This document shows, piece by piece, positions 1-9,404 of a DNA stretch of 64,000 nt (its first letter is position 1; each line of letters starts with the position of its first letter). The DNA lies in contig JBMOKY010000001.1 of assembly GCA_049325535.1 (NCBI GenBank), positions 685,942-749,941 on the forward strand, written 5' to 3'. The translations under genes were made by a program, and so were the position numbers. Below the pieces are notes generated by a model that saw only the letters and a program-made list of their open reading frames with translations, made no database searches and was not told the DNA's origin. This DNA comes from Patescibacteria group bacterium. GTDB lineage: Bacteria > Patescibacteriota > Patescibacteriia > UBA10025 > JAHIVO01.

Positions 1-33
1 AGCCTATAGCAAATTGCTAATGGATAATAGTAC

Positions 34-384
34 CTACGTAATTGTTTTTCGAAAAGCAGTAATTCTCTTAATCAATATCTCTACTTGTACGTAAATTGAA
101 TCGTAACCCGTCTTTGTAATATAGTCCTGCTGCTCAGCGAATGCAAATTCAGAATTATTTTCTGCAATTGACCGTATACTATATCCTAAAAACATTTTAA
201 ATTCCTTTGCTGTAGTAGACGCAGCTCCTTCAGCTATGTTTGCAGACACAGAAACTGCTGATCACCGCAGTTGCGAGGTAAGTGAATATTGCTCTTCCTT
301 GGGGAATGAGTCAGTGAGAGCATATACACGTTGAGCAAAAACAATTGCCTCCTGCCAAATCTGTAAGTCTTCAAACCTAAACAT
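34..384 (-). pseudogene. Four-helix-bundle protein (23S rRNA-IVP/bAvd-like family), interrupted by an in-frame TGA
   Basis: ATG at 384 reads MFRFEDLQIWQEAIVFAQRVYALTDSFPKEEQYSLTSQLR*SAVSVSANIAEG. The TGA at 264-262 replaces the second Arg of the family motif QLRRSAVS. The ORF-track entry 34..249 is the C-terminal part. Confidence 0.85.
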
Positions 385-420
385 ACTCTCAACTATTAGC
401 TATGATCCATACGCCATTTG

Positions 421-576
421 CTATTTCGTCTCTTTGTGCTCCGTGTGCTTTTTGCACCATTTACAATATTTTTTCAGCTCAATTCGATCTTTCACGGTTT
501 TCTTGTTTTTCCGTGAATGATAATTGATCCGGTGGCACTCAGTACATTCAAATTTTATGAGATTGTCCTGTGACAT
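421..576 (-). CDS. rpmG: 50S ribosomal protein L33
   Basis: Translated by hand (below the ORF-track cutoff): [51 protein letters not shown], with the CxxC..KKYCxxC..H L33 pattern. Confidence 0.95.
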   Translation of the reverse strand: MSQDNLIKFECTECHRINYHSRKNKKTVKDRIELKKYCKWCKKHTEHKETK

Positions 577-643
577 AGAATATGTTTGCTAATTGATTAT
601 GATACGACATGACCCTGCCCCCGGAACGGGCACACAAGCGCTC

Positions 644-855
644 GGCTAGCGGTCGGTCTTGGACCGACGACCACCTATGTATACCACCTTTCGGGCATCT
701 CCCGCGGAGATAAAACAGTTGCCCCGCCTGCCTTCGCCTCAGCCAACGGTCGGACTCGAACCGACGACCTTCACTTTACAAAAGTGTTGCTCTACCAACT
801 GAGCTACGTTGGCTCAGGTAAAGGCGGACAGGTCTACCACTCGAGCTACGCTGGC
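644..855 (-). pseudogene. Decayed outer tRNA-Thr-like gene, split by two insertions (one carries the intact tRNA-Thr)
   Basis: 5' half GCCAGCGTAGCTCGAGTGGTAGA (855-833). It resumes GCAACTGTTTT at 722 and ends GGTC GTCGG TCCAAGA CCGAC CGCTAGC (~672-645). The acceptor stem pairs 6/7, the T stem is perfect and the T loop is degenerate. Confidence 0.6.
741..813 (-). tRNA. tRNA-Thr (anticodon UGU)
   Basis: GCCAACG TA GCTC AGTTGGTA GAGC A ACACT TT TGT AA AGTGA AGGTC GTCGG TTCGAGT CCGAC CGTTGGC T: a full cloverleaf with no encoded CCA. Confidence 0.93.
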
Positions 856-902
856 ACGCATACGCGGCATTCGTAGCCGGGCGCACGGTTACCCACACCG
901 GG

Positions 903-986
903 TGGGCAGGGAGGGATTCGAACCCCCGAAGGCGCAAGGCCAGCAGATTTACAGTCTGCCCCGTTTGACCACTTCGGTACCTACCC
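903..986 (-). tRNA. tRNA-Tyr (anticodon GUA)
   Basis: GGGTAGG...GCAGA CT GTA AA TCTGC, long variable arm, GGTTCGAATCC T arm. Confidence 0.95.
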
Positions 987-1068
987 GCCCGCCCCGTGTG
1001 AGTATATTCCGGTTTGTCAATGTATGTCGGCAAATTCACTCCGCATGGAGTTGAACTTACCCGCCGCA

Positions 1069-1144
1069 TGGAGCCGTTGCGCGGAGTCGAACCGCGGACC
1101 TACTCCTTACCATGGAGTTGCTCTACCAACTGAGCTACAACGGC
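1069..1144 (-). tRNA. tRNA-Thr (anticodon GGU)
   Basis: GCCGTTG...ACTCC AT GGT AA GGAGT...GGTTCGACTCC...CAACGGC T CCA; 76 nt with encoded CCA. Confidence 0.95.
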
Positions 1145-1300
1145 ATCATGCGGTGAATAAGTTATCTCAAGCTGCGGCATATCGTCACGCATCTGGAACA
1201 TCAGCGGAATGGCGTGAACCAACTGCATACCCGTAACCCACAAGATTGCGGGTGATGACACAGGAAGCTCCAGCGACTCAAACAGAACCGACGTCTACTT

Positions 1301-2143
1301 TTATTTTACCTGCTTCAGACGTTGCTGAAATTCTTTTACTTTCTCATTTTCCGGGTTTGTTTCTTTGAGCCGTTTGATATTCGCTGCAGCTATCTCAGTG
1401 TTCCCTACCTCGAGCGCCGTGTCAATCAGTAAATCCAGAATGCGGGGATTATTCGGTTCCAATTTAGCAGCTTCCTGAAGACTGTCCAGCGCTTCTGCCA
1501 TCCGGCTTTGCGCGCGATATACTTCCCCGAGCTCAGTTTGATATTCAGCCACTTCTTTGTTCAATGATACCGGGGCGGCATTCAAATCAGCCGTAACGGG
1601 AGTTTCATCACCGTGCTCGTGCATCTTAATCAGATATTTCAGCGTCTCTTCCGCATGCTCCCAATCCTTCGTTTCCTGATACAGTTCGGCGAGTCCCTCA
1701 TATGCCTCAACATATTTCACGTCAATACTGATCGCTTCAATAAATTTTTCCTCCGCTTCCTTATATGCTTCCTGCTCCGCCAGCGCCACAGCCTCCGCCA
1801 CCAGGGTTGACTTTTTCTTTTCACTCGAGCTGCTATCAGACGGCTCAATTTCCCGTATCCGAGTCCGATACTTCTGTTCCAGCTCCTTCAGCGTCTGATG
1901 AATTCTGCTCATCAGTGGCGGCGTCCCATCATCTCCTCCCCGAAAAAAACGGGGTAGCTTTTCCAGGCGTAGTTTGCGCTTGAGGCGACTCTCCATCAGG
2001 CCCTTCTTCAGTCGTTCCATACGGTGACGCGCCAATGTTTCAGTCTTGATCGAGGCGACCACCGGAAATTTTCGTGACACGATGACGGTGACCACGATGA
2101 GCGCGGAACAAATTACTCCCAGGGCGATATAATCGTAAAGCAT
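1301..2143 (-). CDS. Membrane-anchored tetratricopeptide-repeat protein
   Basis: N-terminal hydrophobic helix; TPR-like helices (AEEKFIEAISIDVKYVEAYEGLAELY, ALDSLQEAAKLEPNN). Confidence 0.8.
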   Translation of the reverse strand: MLYDYIALGVICSALIVVTVIVSRKFPVVASIKTETLARHRMERLKKGLMESRLKRKLRLEKLPRFFRGGDDGTPPLMSRIHQTLKELEQKYRTRIREIEPSDSSSSEKKKSTLVAEAVALAEQEAYKEAEEKFIEAISIDVKYVEAYEGLAELYQETKDWEHAEETLKYLIKMHEHGDETPVTADLNAAPVSLNKEVAEYQTELGEVYRAQSRMAEALDSLQEAAKLEPNNPRILDLLIDTALEVGNTEIAAANIKRLKETNPENEKVKEFQQRLKQVK

Positions 2144-2177
2144 AGTTCAGCGCTGTATGCGCAGGTGCATACGAAAA

Positions 2178-2765
2178 TTAGAGGGTTTGACGATAGAATT
2201 TCTTGATCTGGATATTTTCCCCGAGTTTTGCGATGTAGCTCGTCACCAATGCGGCTACCGTCATGCTGTCATCTTTGATGAAAAGCTGATCAAGCAGGCA
2301 GACTTCGCTGTAATACTTCTTCAGTTTACCGGTAATAATCTGGTCCCACATCTTTTCCGGCTTTCCTTCCTGCTCCAGCTGGGCTCGATATACCTCTTTT
2401 TCTTTTTCGATAACGGCAGCGGGAATGTCCTCCGATTTGAGGTATAGCGGATCAGCGGCAGCCACATGCATGGCTAGATCATGGGCCAATGTCTGAAAAT
2501 CTTCAGTCTTTGCTACGAAATCTGTTTCACAGGCGAGCGCTACCACGGCCACTAATTTATTGTTTGCGTGAACATACGCGCTGACCACTCCTTCACTCGC
2601 CTCCCGATCCTGCTTCTTTGCGGCGATTTTCTGCCCTTGCTTGCGCAGGTGTTCTAGTGCGGCATCGATATTGCCATCGGTTTCCACCAGCGCTTTTTTC
2701 ACATCCATGATGCCAGCGCCAGTTTCAGCGCGTAGTTTTTGAATTGTTGCGGTATCGATAGTCAT
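2178..2765 (-). CDS. tsf: Elongation factor Ts (short form)
   Basis: LRAETGAGIMDVKKAL and CETDFVA motifs; downstream of rpsB. Confidence 0.97.
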   Translation of the reverse strand: MTIDTATIQKLRAETGAGIMDVKKALVETDGNIDAALEHLRKQGQKIAAKKQDREASEGVVSAYVHANNKLVAVVALACETDFVAKTEDFQTLAHDLAMHVAAADPLYLKSEDIPAAVIEKEKEVYRAQLEQEGKPEKMWDQIITGKLKKYYSEVCLLDQLFIKDDSMTVAALVTSYIAKLGENIQIKKFYRQTL

Positions 2766-2770
2766 GGTGA

Positions 2771-3517
2771 TTATTCTTTTACTTCGCTGACGGGGGCCGG
2801 CGCGGCTTGCGCTTCAGCAGCAGCTTTTTGCTCCCGCTGTTTTTTACCCCGCTCGACCGCCTGAGCTATAGCGGTAGTGATGAGCGAAATGGATTTAGTT
2901 GCGTCGTCATTAGCCGGAATGGCATACTGTACGAGATCGGGATTAGCATTGGTATCGACAAGGGCGATGATGGGAATCTTCCGTTTGCGCGCTTCTCGAA
3001 CTGCAGTTTTTTCCTTTTTGATATCGATGATAAACATGGCATCCGGTAATTTTTCCAGATTTTCAATACCGCCGACGGATTTTTCGAGATTGGCGATTTC
3101 CTCGTCTTTTTTCAACTGCTCCCGTTTGGTATACTTTGCCAATTCACCGGCTTCGCGCTGACGGCGCAATGTCTGCAATCGCCGAGCTAATCCGATAATG
3201 TTCTCAAAATTGGTCAGCGTCCCCCCGATCCACCGTTCGGTTACGGCTGGCATACCGACAGACTGGGCAGCCTCTCGGACGATAGGTGTCGCCTGGCGTT
3301 TAGTAGTGACAAACAGAATAGTTCCGCCGCGGGCCACCACATCGGATACATAATTCCCGGCCGCCTCCAGCTGCTGAGCAGTTTTTTCCAGATCAATAAT
3401 ATGAACTCCACCCCGCGTCGTAAAGATGAAGGGCTTCATTTTTGGGTGCCAGCTTTTGGCCTGATGGCCGAAGTGGACACCACTTTTGAGCATGTCGAGC
3501 AATGCTTGTTGGTGCAT
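2771..3517 (-). CDS. rpsB: 30S ribosomal protein S2
   Basis: GVHFGH, WHPKM, RWIGGTLTN, DTNANPD and PANDD motifs. Confidence 0.98.
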   Translation of the reverse strand: MHQQALLDMLKSGVHFGHQAKSWHPKMKPFIFTTRGGVHIIDLEKTAQQLEAAGNYVSDVVARGGTILFVTTKRQATPIVREAAQSVGMPAVTERWIGGTLTNFENIIGLARRLQTLRRQREAGELAKYTKREQLKKDEEIANLEKSVGGIENLEKLPDAMFIIDIKKEKTAVREARKRKIPIIALVDTNANPDLVQYAIPANDDATKSISLITTAIAQAVERGKKQREQKAAAEAQAAPAPVSEVKE

Positions 3518-3533
3518 ATAATTTCCTTATTTA

Positions 3534-3612
3534 GCCTCTGTTTTCGTCATCCTGGTCTGGTACCCGGGATAGCCCCAGGCAAGGTCCAATACACAGTCGG
3601 AAAACATGTGTG
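3534..3612 (-). promoter_or_regulatory. rpsB leader (S2 autoregulatory RNA, t44-like)
   Basis: Minus strand CACACA TGTTTTC...GAAAACA GAGGC just before the rpsB RBS, matching the ACAC...stem...GAGGC layout of known S2 leaders. Confidence 0.6.
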
Positions 3613-3742
3613 ATTAGGTATTAAAAAACCCTATTTCTAGAGGTTTTTAATGTGACTCTGATTCTACCACAGTTCACAAAATACGCAAGTCCCCGACCGC
3701 CCCTTGCCAAAAAATGAAGGCTTTGGTACACTCAATGCCACT

Positions 3743-3991
3743 ATGAAAAAAGAAGGACATCCGGAATACTTCGCAGATGCCAAGGTCGTCTGTGCCTGTG
3801 GCAATAGCTTTACTACCGGCTCCACGGTAAAAGAGATTCGCGTGGAAATTTGTTCGGTGTGCCATCCATTCTTCACCGGCAAACAGAAGCTGATGGATGA
3901 CCGTGGCCGCGTGGAGCGATTCCAGCGTATGCTGCAAAAGAAGTCTTCCCTCAAACCAAAGGCGCAGAAAAAGGCAACGGCTCATACATAA
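3743..3991 (+). CDS. rpmE: 50S ribosomal protein L31 (Zn-binding type)
   Basis: MKKEGHPEY...CACG...[15 protein letters not shown]...GRVERF; start placed at ATG 3743. Confidence 0.96.
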   Translation: MKKEGHPEYFADAKVVCACGNSFTTGSTVKEIRVEICSVCHPFFTGKQKLMDDRGRVERFQRMLQKKSSLKPKAQKKATAHT

Positions 3992-4038
3992 CAACATGAC
4001 TAAGCTCCCCACCCACCGAGGCACGGGGAGTTTTTGCT

Positions 4039-5088
4039 ATGGAACCGCAACTCACTAAACTCCAATCCCGCTATGATGAGCTGGAGCGCGAACTGCAGCA
4101 GCCCGAAACTTTTGGCGATCCGGAAAAAATAAAAAAACTGACCAAAGAGTACACCGAAATCGGCGAGACGCTGAGCCATGCCGCGGAACTAAAGAAAATA
4201 CAAACCAGCATCAGAGAGCTCGAACAAACCATCGCGGACGACACTGACGTCGAACTCACCGAAATCGCACGGGACGAACTGTCCTCGCTGCAAAAAAAAG
4301 CAAACGACCTGGAACAAGCCATCAATGAAGTGCTCCATCCAGCCGACCCCCTGGACAAAAAAGACATCATCGTGGAGGTCAGGGCGGGTACCGGCGGTGA
4401 CGAAGCCGGGCTTTTCGCCGCGGAATTATTCCGCATGTACCAGCGCTATGCCGAACGTCAGGGCTGGTCCACCCATCTCATCTCACAGAACCGCACGGGC
4501 ATCGGCGGGATCAAGGAAGTTATTTTTGAAATCCATGGCACCAAGGTCTACAGCCACCTGAAATTTGAAAGTGGCGTGCACCGGGTTCAGCGCGTGCCGG
4601 AAACGGAAAAAAGCGGACGGGTCCACACGTCCGCTGCGACCGTCGTGGTCCTCCCCGAAGCCGACGAAGTAGATTTTGAGATCAAACCAGAGGATATCGA
4701 AATAGAAGCCACGACTTCTTCCGGCCATGGCGGTCAATCGGTCAATACGACCTACTCGGCCATCCGCATCGTCCACAAACCGACCGGTCTGATCGTCATA
4801 TGCCAGGACGAACGCTCCCAGAAACAAAATAAAGAAAAGGCCCTCCAGGTGCTCCGCTCACGCCTGCTGGCTGCAGAACAAGAGCGACTTCAGAAAGAGC
4901 GGTCCGATGCGCGTAAAAGTCAAATCGGCTCAGGTGATCGGTCAGAAAAAATTCGTACCTATAATTTTCCCCAGGATCGAGTCACCGACCATCGTATCAA
5001 ACGGAATTTTTCAAACATTTACGGCATCATGGATGGGGATATTGAAGCGATCATCAGCGCCCTCAAACAAGCCAGTCACATAGCATGA
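4039..5088 (+). CDS. prfA: Peptide chain release factor 1
   Basis: [20 protein letters not shown] (PxT), GGQ and RTYNFPQ motifs. Confidence 0.97.
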   Translation: MEPQLTKLQSRYDELERELQQPETFGDPEKIKKLTKEYTEIGETLSHAAELKKIQTSIRELEQTIADDTDVELTEIARDELSSLQKKANDLEQAINEVLHPADPLDKKDIIVEVRAGTGGDEAGLFAAELFRMYQRYAERQGWSTHLISQNRTGIGGIKEVIFEIHGTKVYSHLKFESGVHRVQRVPETEKSGRVHTSAATVVVLPEADEVDFEIKPEDIEIEATTSSGHGGQSVNTTYSAIRIVHKPTGLIVICQDERSQKQNKEKALQVLRSRLLAAEQERLQKERSDARKSQIGSGDRSEKIRTYNFPQDRVTDHRIKRNFSNIYGIMDGDIEAIISALKQASHIA

Positions 5089-5939
5089 CCATCCAAACCG
5101 CGCTGCTGCGCGCTATCACGACTCTGCGTTCTACCTCCACCTCAGCCCAGCTCGATGCCGAGGTGCTTTTATCGTCAGTTATGCGACAACCAAAAACCTG
5201 GCTCCTGGCACATCACGATCATGCCATGACTACCGTCCAAACAGTGAAATTCCGCTCGCTGGTCACACAGCGTAAAAACGGTATGCCTATCGCCTACCTG
5301 ACCGGCCACCACGAATTTTATGGACTTGATTTCTCGGTAAATAAACACGTGCTGGTACCCAGGCCGGAAACAGAAACACTCGTCGAGGAAACTATCCGCG
5401 CCGCCCGCCAGCTGGAAAAACGATCAGCCACCGCCAAGCCGCGCATCGCCGACATCGGAACAGGCAGCGGTTGTATCGCCATCACGCTGGCGAAATACCT
5501 GCCCCGGGCGTTGATCTTCGCATCGGATGTGAGTATGCCGGCACTAACCGTCGCCCGCCGCAATGCGGCACGCCATCGGCTGTCATCGCGCATAACCTTT
5601 GTCCGTGGCAATCTCTTTACCCCCTTTCAATCAATCGTCAAACGAAAGCCGATTGACATCATCGTGGCAAATTTGCCCTATCTGCGCAAACCCGAACTTG
5701 CCGGCGTAAAACATGAACCACGCATCGCCCTGTATGGTGGAAAGATGGGCATCGAGGTGATCGATCGTCTGCTGGCGCGTGCCCGCCACTACCTGGCGCC
5801 GCACGGAGCCCTGCTGCTGGAAATAGCGTCTGACCAGGCGGGATCCATTTCCTACGCTGCCCAGCGCCAATTTCCTGAAAAAAACGTCCGTACCATCCAG
5901 GATTTAGCTGGCCGAGACCGAGTAGTCATAATTGAATAA
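5085..5939 (+). CDS. prmC: Release factor glutamine methyltransferase
   Basis: [18 protein letters not shown] and ANLPY motifs; ATGA overlap with prfA. Confidence 0.95.
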   Translation: MTIQTALLRAITTLRSTSTSAQLDAEVLLSSVMRQPKTWLLAHHDHAMTTVQTVKFRSLVTQRKNGMPIAYLTGHHEFYGLDFSVNKHVLVPRPETETLVEETIRAARQLEKRSATAKPRIADIGTGSGCIAITLAKYLPRALIFASDVSMPALTVARRNAARHRLSSRITFVRGNLFTPFQSIVKRKPIDIIVANLPYLRKPELAGVKHEPRIALYGGKMGIEVIDRLLARARHYLAPHGALLLEIASDQAGSISYAAQRQFPEKNVRTIQDLAGRDRVVIIE

Positions 5940-6017
5940 AAAATGAGAGAGTTGGTCAGACTCTCTCGATTTTTTTTACGACCGTGACTTGAATAGTGTG
6001 CGATGGAGCTAGCCGGA

Positions 6018-6896
6018 TTAGTGGCCGCTGGGCTGCATGCCGCCGGTTTGGACCGGGATCGGACCATAGTTGTTGGTCGGGACATACTGTCCGTTCCAAC
6101 GCTCAGCCTTGATCTGTTCGATCTGCAGCTGCCGGAGTTTGATCTCCAGCTCCATGTTCTTCTGAACGGCGTCGTTGTATTTGCGGATACCTTCGCCTTC
6201 CAGGGCTTTAGCATCAGCCAGGAGCTGGGCCGACAATTTCTCGCCCTCGGCTTTGGTGACCTTGGCGGTCTTTTCCGCCTCAGCTTGCTTCACCAGCTTC
6301 TGGGCTTCCTGTTCAGTTATGAGGAGTTCTTGCTCCTTCTGCTTCACTTGCTGCGCCCGCTGCATGGTCTCCTCGATCTGCTTCTCAAACGCCTCGGACC
6401 AGTCGTAATTGGTCACCTTCAGCTCGGTGACCTCGACCGGGTATCCGGACATGTCGGATACCGTCATCTCCTTGATCATAGCGCGAATCTTTTCCTGATT
6501 CGCAGCGATGTCGAAGATGGTATACTGGCCGATGGCTTTCTTGAAGCTTTCGGTCGACGTCTTGGTCAGCACGTTTCCGATCATTTCAGTACCGTATTGG
6601 CCCCACATCCTGACCAGCGAACCTTCCTTGTACCGGTAAAACACCGTTAGCGTGGCGCCAATGGACTGATTGTCCTTGGAAATCGCCGCCTGCTCTCCGA
6701 TGGCCACGGTAAAGGTCAGCTCCTGCGGCCGGATGGTCACCGTGCGGATCTTCTGGAAAAAAGGCAGTTTGAAATTGATACCCTCATCCAGTTCGACGTT
6801 GCCGATAGCGCCCATGGTGAAGCGCAACCCCCGGTTGCCGCTCTCGATGAATTCGACCGGGCCGAAGAGATATAATACGATGAGACGGACGATTGG
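6018..6896 (-). CDS. SPFH/prohibitin (band-7) family protein; 5' end probably damaged
   Basis: GLRFTMG...EGINFKLPF, SKDNQ and a coiled-coil AEAE region. The frame stays open upstream of TTG 6827 (LIVLYLFGPVEFIESGNRG) to a stop at ~6897 with no start codon. Confidence 0.75.
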   Translation of the reverse strand, partial: PIVRLIVLYLFGPVEFIESGNRGLRFTMGAIGNVELDEGINFKLPFFQKIRTVTIRPQELTFTVAIGEQAAISKDNQSIGATLTVFYRYKEGSLVRMWGQYGTEMIGNVLTKTSTESFKKAIGQYTIFDIAANQEKIRAMIKEMTVSDMSGYPVEVTELKVTNYDWSEAFEKQIEETMQRAQQVKQKEQELLITEQEAQKLVKQAEAEKTAKVTKAEGEKLSAQLLADAKALEGEGIRKYNDAVQKNMELEIKLRQLQIEQIKAERWNGQYVPTNNYGPIPVQTGGMQPSGH

Positions 6897-7100
6897 TCAA
6901 GGACAAACCAATAGCCGATCAGGAGGATACGCCGCATGCCACCCAGGACCTCACGACTGGGGAAACCGCATCACCCCCCTGCCCGTCTCTGCTTGAGCCG
7001 GACAATCGTGGCACGGAATACTAGCTTCCGCCACACCAAGAAAAACCGTTCGGCACGCCACCATGACATCTGCCATGCGCCGGACGGTTTTTATTATTGA

Positions 7101-8279
7101 TTATCCGTTTGTGACTGCTTGCGTTTTTGGAATGACGTGCACCCACGTATTTCCCCGATTCAGCTCAATTTCCGTTCCGGACAGATCATAGTATCTCGTT
7201 CGATCACGATTTGAATCTTTGCGCCAGGTCGCCTGAATCGTCTGGCCATCGCGCGCCACCCAGGCATCACCAGTACCACCGACGAACATTTCCAGTCTAC
7301 CCTTGCCGCCGTCCAGTTCCGGCTCCTGCACCAGTTGGACGATCACATTGTCCGCGGTGATTTGATTGCCCGTATTCGCGTCAAGATGGGGCGCATTGGC
7401 ATTGAACCGATAGTATCTATTGTCATCGCGGTGATACGTAAAATCAACCTGATAGGTTGTGCCTGAGGAAAAATTGAATGACAAGGTGATGCCGTCCTCA
7501 CCACGCTCTTCCAACGGGGCGGGGTTTTTAAATTTCCAGGGCGCAAAAGCAGATGTTCGCTGATCCAGTGTCAGCGTACGCAGCGCGCTCGTCATCTTTT
7601 CTGATGACGTCACCAAATTGTGCGGCGCAGGCCGGGAGGTGTCCCGCCAATAATACGGCGCGCCGCGGCTGGTCAGCGCGTCCAAATCACGGACTTTCTG
7701 CTCCCAAATCACCGTAATCGCTTTTGGACTACCGCCAGCGTGTCCGTAGAGCGCATCGTACTCGAGCGCCCACTCCAGATAATACGGTCGCGCCGACCGG
7801 ACCGGCATGATCGTCGGAACCACTGTACTCGGGTCATACACCGCCATGAATCGGGTAGCGCCGCCTTCCACCAGCGCTTCATAGACCACCGAAGCCACTG
7901 CCAGGCCATGCTGCGGCCGAACTGCCAATAGGTTTTCCATCATGATGGCATAGGGCACCAGCGCCTCTTGCCCACGGTCAACCAACACGCCGTCCAGCAA
8001 GCGCGGAAGTTGCGCAGATTCATCCGTGTCAGTATTTCCGGCATCCCCGATCGCCACTGACTTCTCGACGCCGATGCCGGCCCATGATTGGAGCGCCTGC
8101 CAGGTAGCGGTCACCTGCGCCCCGAGCAGCCACCAGACGACGATTACCGCGACGATAAAAATTCCCGCCACCCATGGGATGGGGTGGGATACCTGCGGCC
8201 AGGGGGATCGTCGCGGCCGAGGCGACTGCGCTGGCGGGGGTTGTTTTTTTTGATTGACGTTTTGTTTTTGTGTTGCCAT
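7101..8279 (-). CDS. DUF3048 (YerB-like) membrane-anchored protein
   Basis: MEN..RPQHGL..VYEALVEGGATRF, PVRSARPY, HAGGS and APHN motifs; N-terminal TM helix. Confidence 0.85.
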   Translation of the reverse strand: MATQKQNVNQKKQPPPAQSPRPRRSPWPQVSHPIPWVAGIFIVAVIVVWWLLGAQVTATWQALQSWAGIGVEKSVAIGDAGNTDTDESAQLPRLLDGVLVDRGQEALVPYAIMMENLLAVRPQHGLAVASVVYEALVEGGATRFMAVYDPSTVVPTIMPVRSARPYYLEWALEYDALYGHAGGSPKAITVIWEQKVRDLDALTSRGAPYYWRDTSRPAPHNLVTSSEKMTSALRTLTLDQRTSAFAPWKFKNPAPLEERGEDGITLSFNFSSGTTYQVDFTYHRDDNRYYRFNANAPHLDANTGNQITADNVIVQLVQEPELDGGKGRLEMFVGGTGDAWVARDGQTIQATWRKDSNRDRTRYYDLSGTEIELNRGNTWVHVIPKTQAVTNG

Positions 8280-8292
8280 GTCTTGAGCGTAA

Positions 8293-9375
8293 TTAGTTGT
8301 AGGTCACCTCCCGATCGGTCGGCACCACCTCTATCCACGTTTGGCCGGCATTTAATGCTACTTCATCTCCCTCCGCGTCATAGAACCGAGTGCGGGAAGT
8401 TTTTTCCTCTTTTTCCCATGTGCCCGTGGTGGCCTGTCCGTCACGGAAGATAATCGCCTCACCCGAACCAACGGTGTCCATACTGAGTCGCTGCTCATCC
8501 GCCAGACGCGTTTCCACTTTTTGAACGATTATATTTTTGGCATGAATCTCAGTGCCATCTGCATCGGCGTGAATTTGTCCGGCCATTGAGCGAACGTAAG
8601 AATTTTCCTCGCGGTTATACTGATAGGATACCGAGTAGCTGAAAGAAGAAAAATCGATTGAAATCGACTTGGCATCCAGCGGTCGGTCAGCCAGCGCCGC
8701 GTCATCCTTAAATTTCCAGGAATCAAACGTACCGTGCTCAGCCGCCTCCAGATCGCGCAGTGCAAATGCCAGATTTTCTCCGGTGGTAAAAAGCGTGTGC
8801 TCCGATGCGACATTCCGACTTTTGTCCCGGTAGAAATATTGCGAATGATAAAACTGATTCAGATCAAACACATCGTTGGTAGTAATATCCACCAGTGCTT
8901 GCGGACTGCCGCCAGCATGGGCAAAAAGCGCCTGGTACTCGAGCACCCAATCAACAAAATACGGACGCGCTGACCGGACCGGGCCGATAGTACCTGGGGT
9001 TTTGCCGGCAAATACTGCCAAAAATCGAGTAATACCACCCTCCGCCAGCGCTTCATAAACCACATTGGCAGTTGCTAATCCAGACTGCGGTCGAGCTACG
9101 GTGAGATTTTCTATGATCACTGCCACGGGATACGGGTTTGCTTCATCGGGAGCTACCATCACCCCATCAATCGCCCGTCGGGTCAGCTGATCCGAAGAAC
9201 CACTAAGGGTATTTGACGAACCTCCTGAATCTAAATCCAAACCAAATAGCAGATAGCCTCCACCAGCGGCTGCGGCCACTATAATCGCGACTACGATACC
9301 AATCCATTTCTTATTTTTTCGCTTGCCCCATACCATGCCCGCTCCATTTGTTCCCTGAGGTTTATTGGTCGGCAT
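8293..9375 (-). CDS. DUF3048 (YerB-like) membrane-anchored protein, tandem paralogue
   Basis: IEN..ARPQSGL..VYEALAEGGITRF, GPVRSARPY and HAGGS motifs. Confidence 0.87.
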   Translation of the reverse strand: MPTNKPQGTNGAGMVWGKRKNKKWIGIVVAIIVAAAAGGGYLLFGLDLDSGGSSNTLSGSSDQLTRRAIDGVMVAPDEANPYPVAVIIENLTVARPQSGLATANVVYEALAEGGITRFLAVFAGKTPGTIGPVRSARPYFVDWVLEYQALFAHAGGSPQALVDITTNDVFDLNQFYHSQYFYRDKSRNVASEHTLFTTGENLAFALRDLEAAEHGTFDSWKFKDDAALADRPLDAKSISIDFSSFSYSVSYQYNREENSYVRSMAGQIHADADGTEIHAKNIIVQKVETRLADEQRLSMDTVGSGEAIIFRDGQATTGTWEKEEKTSRTRFYDAEGDEVALNAGQTWIEVVPTDREVTYN

Positions 9376-9404
9376 ATGTCTTCCCTCCGAAGTGATGTAA
9401 TTAA

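Noticed and set aside
34-384. Diversity-generating retroelement (Avd-like gene)
   Set aside because: No reverse transcriptase and no TR/VR repeat pair was seen in the window, although sequence left of position 1 is not visible.
1150-1300. Possible ncRNA between the TPR gene and tRNA-Thr(GGU)
   Set aside because: Only one modest hairpin, with no clear promoter-terminator framing or family motif.
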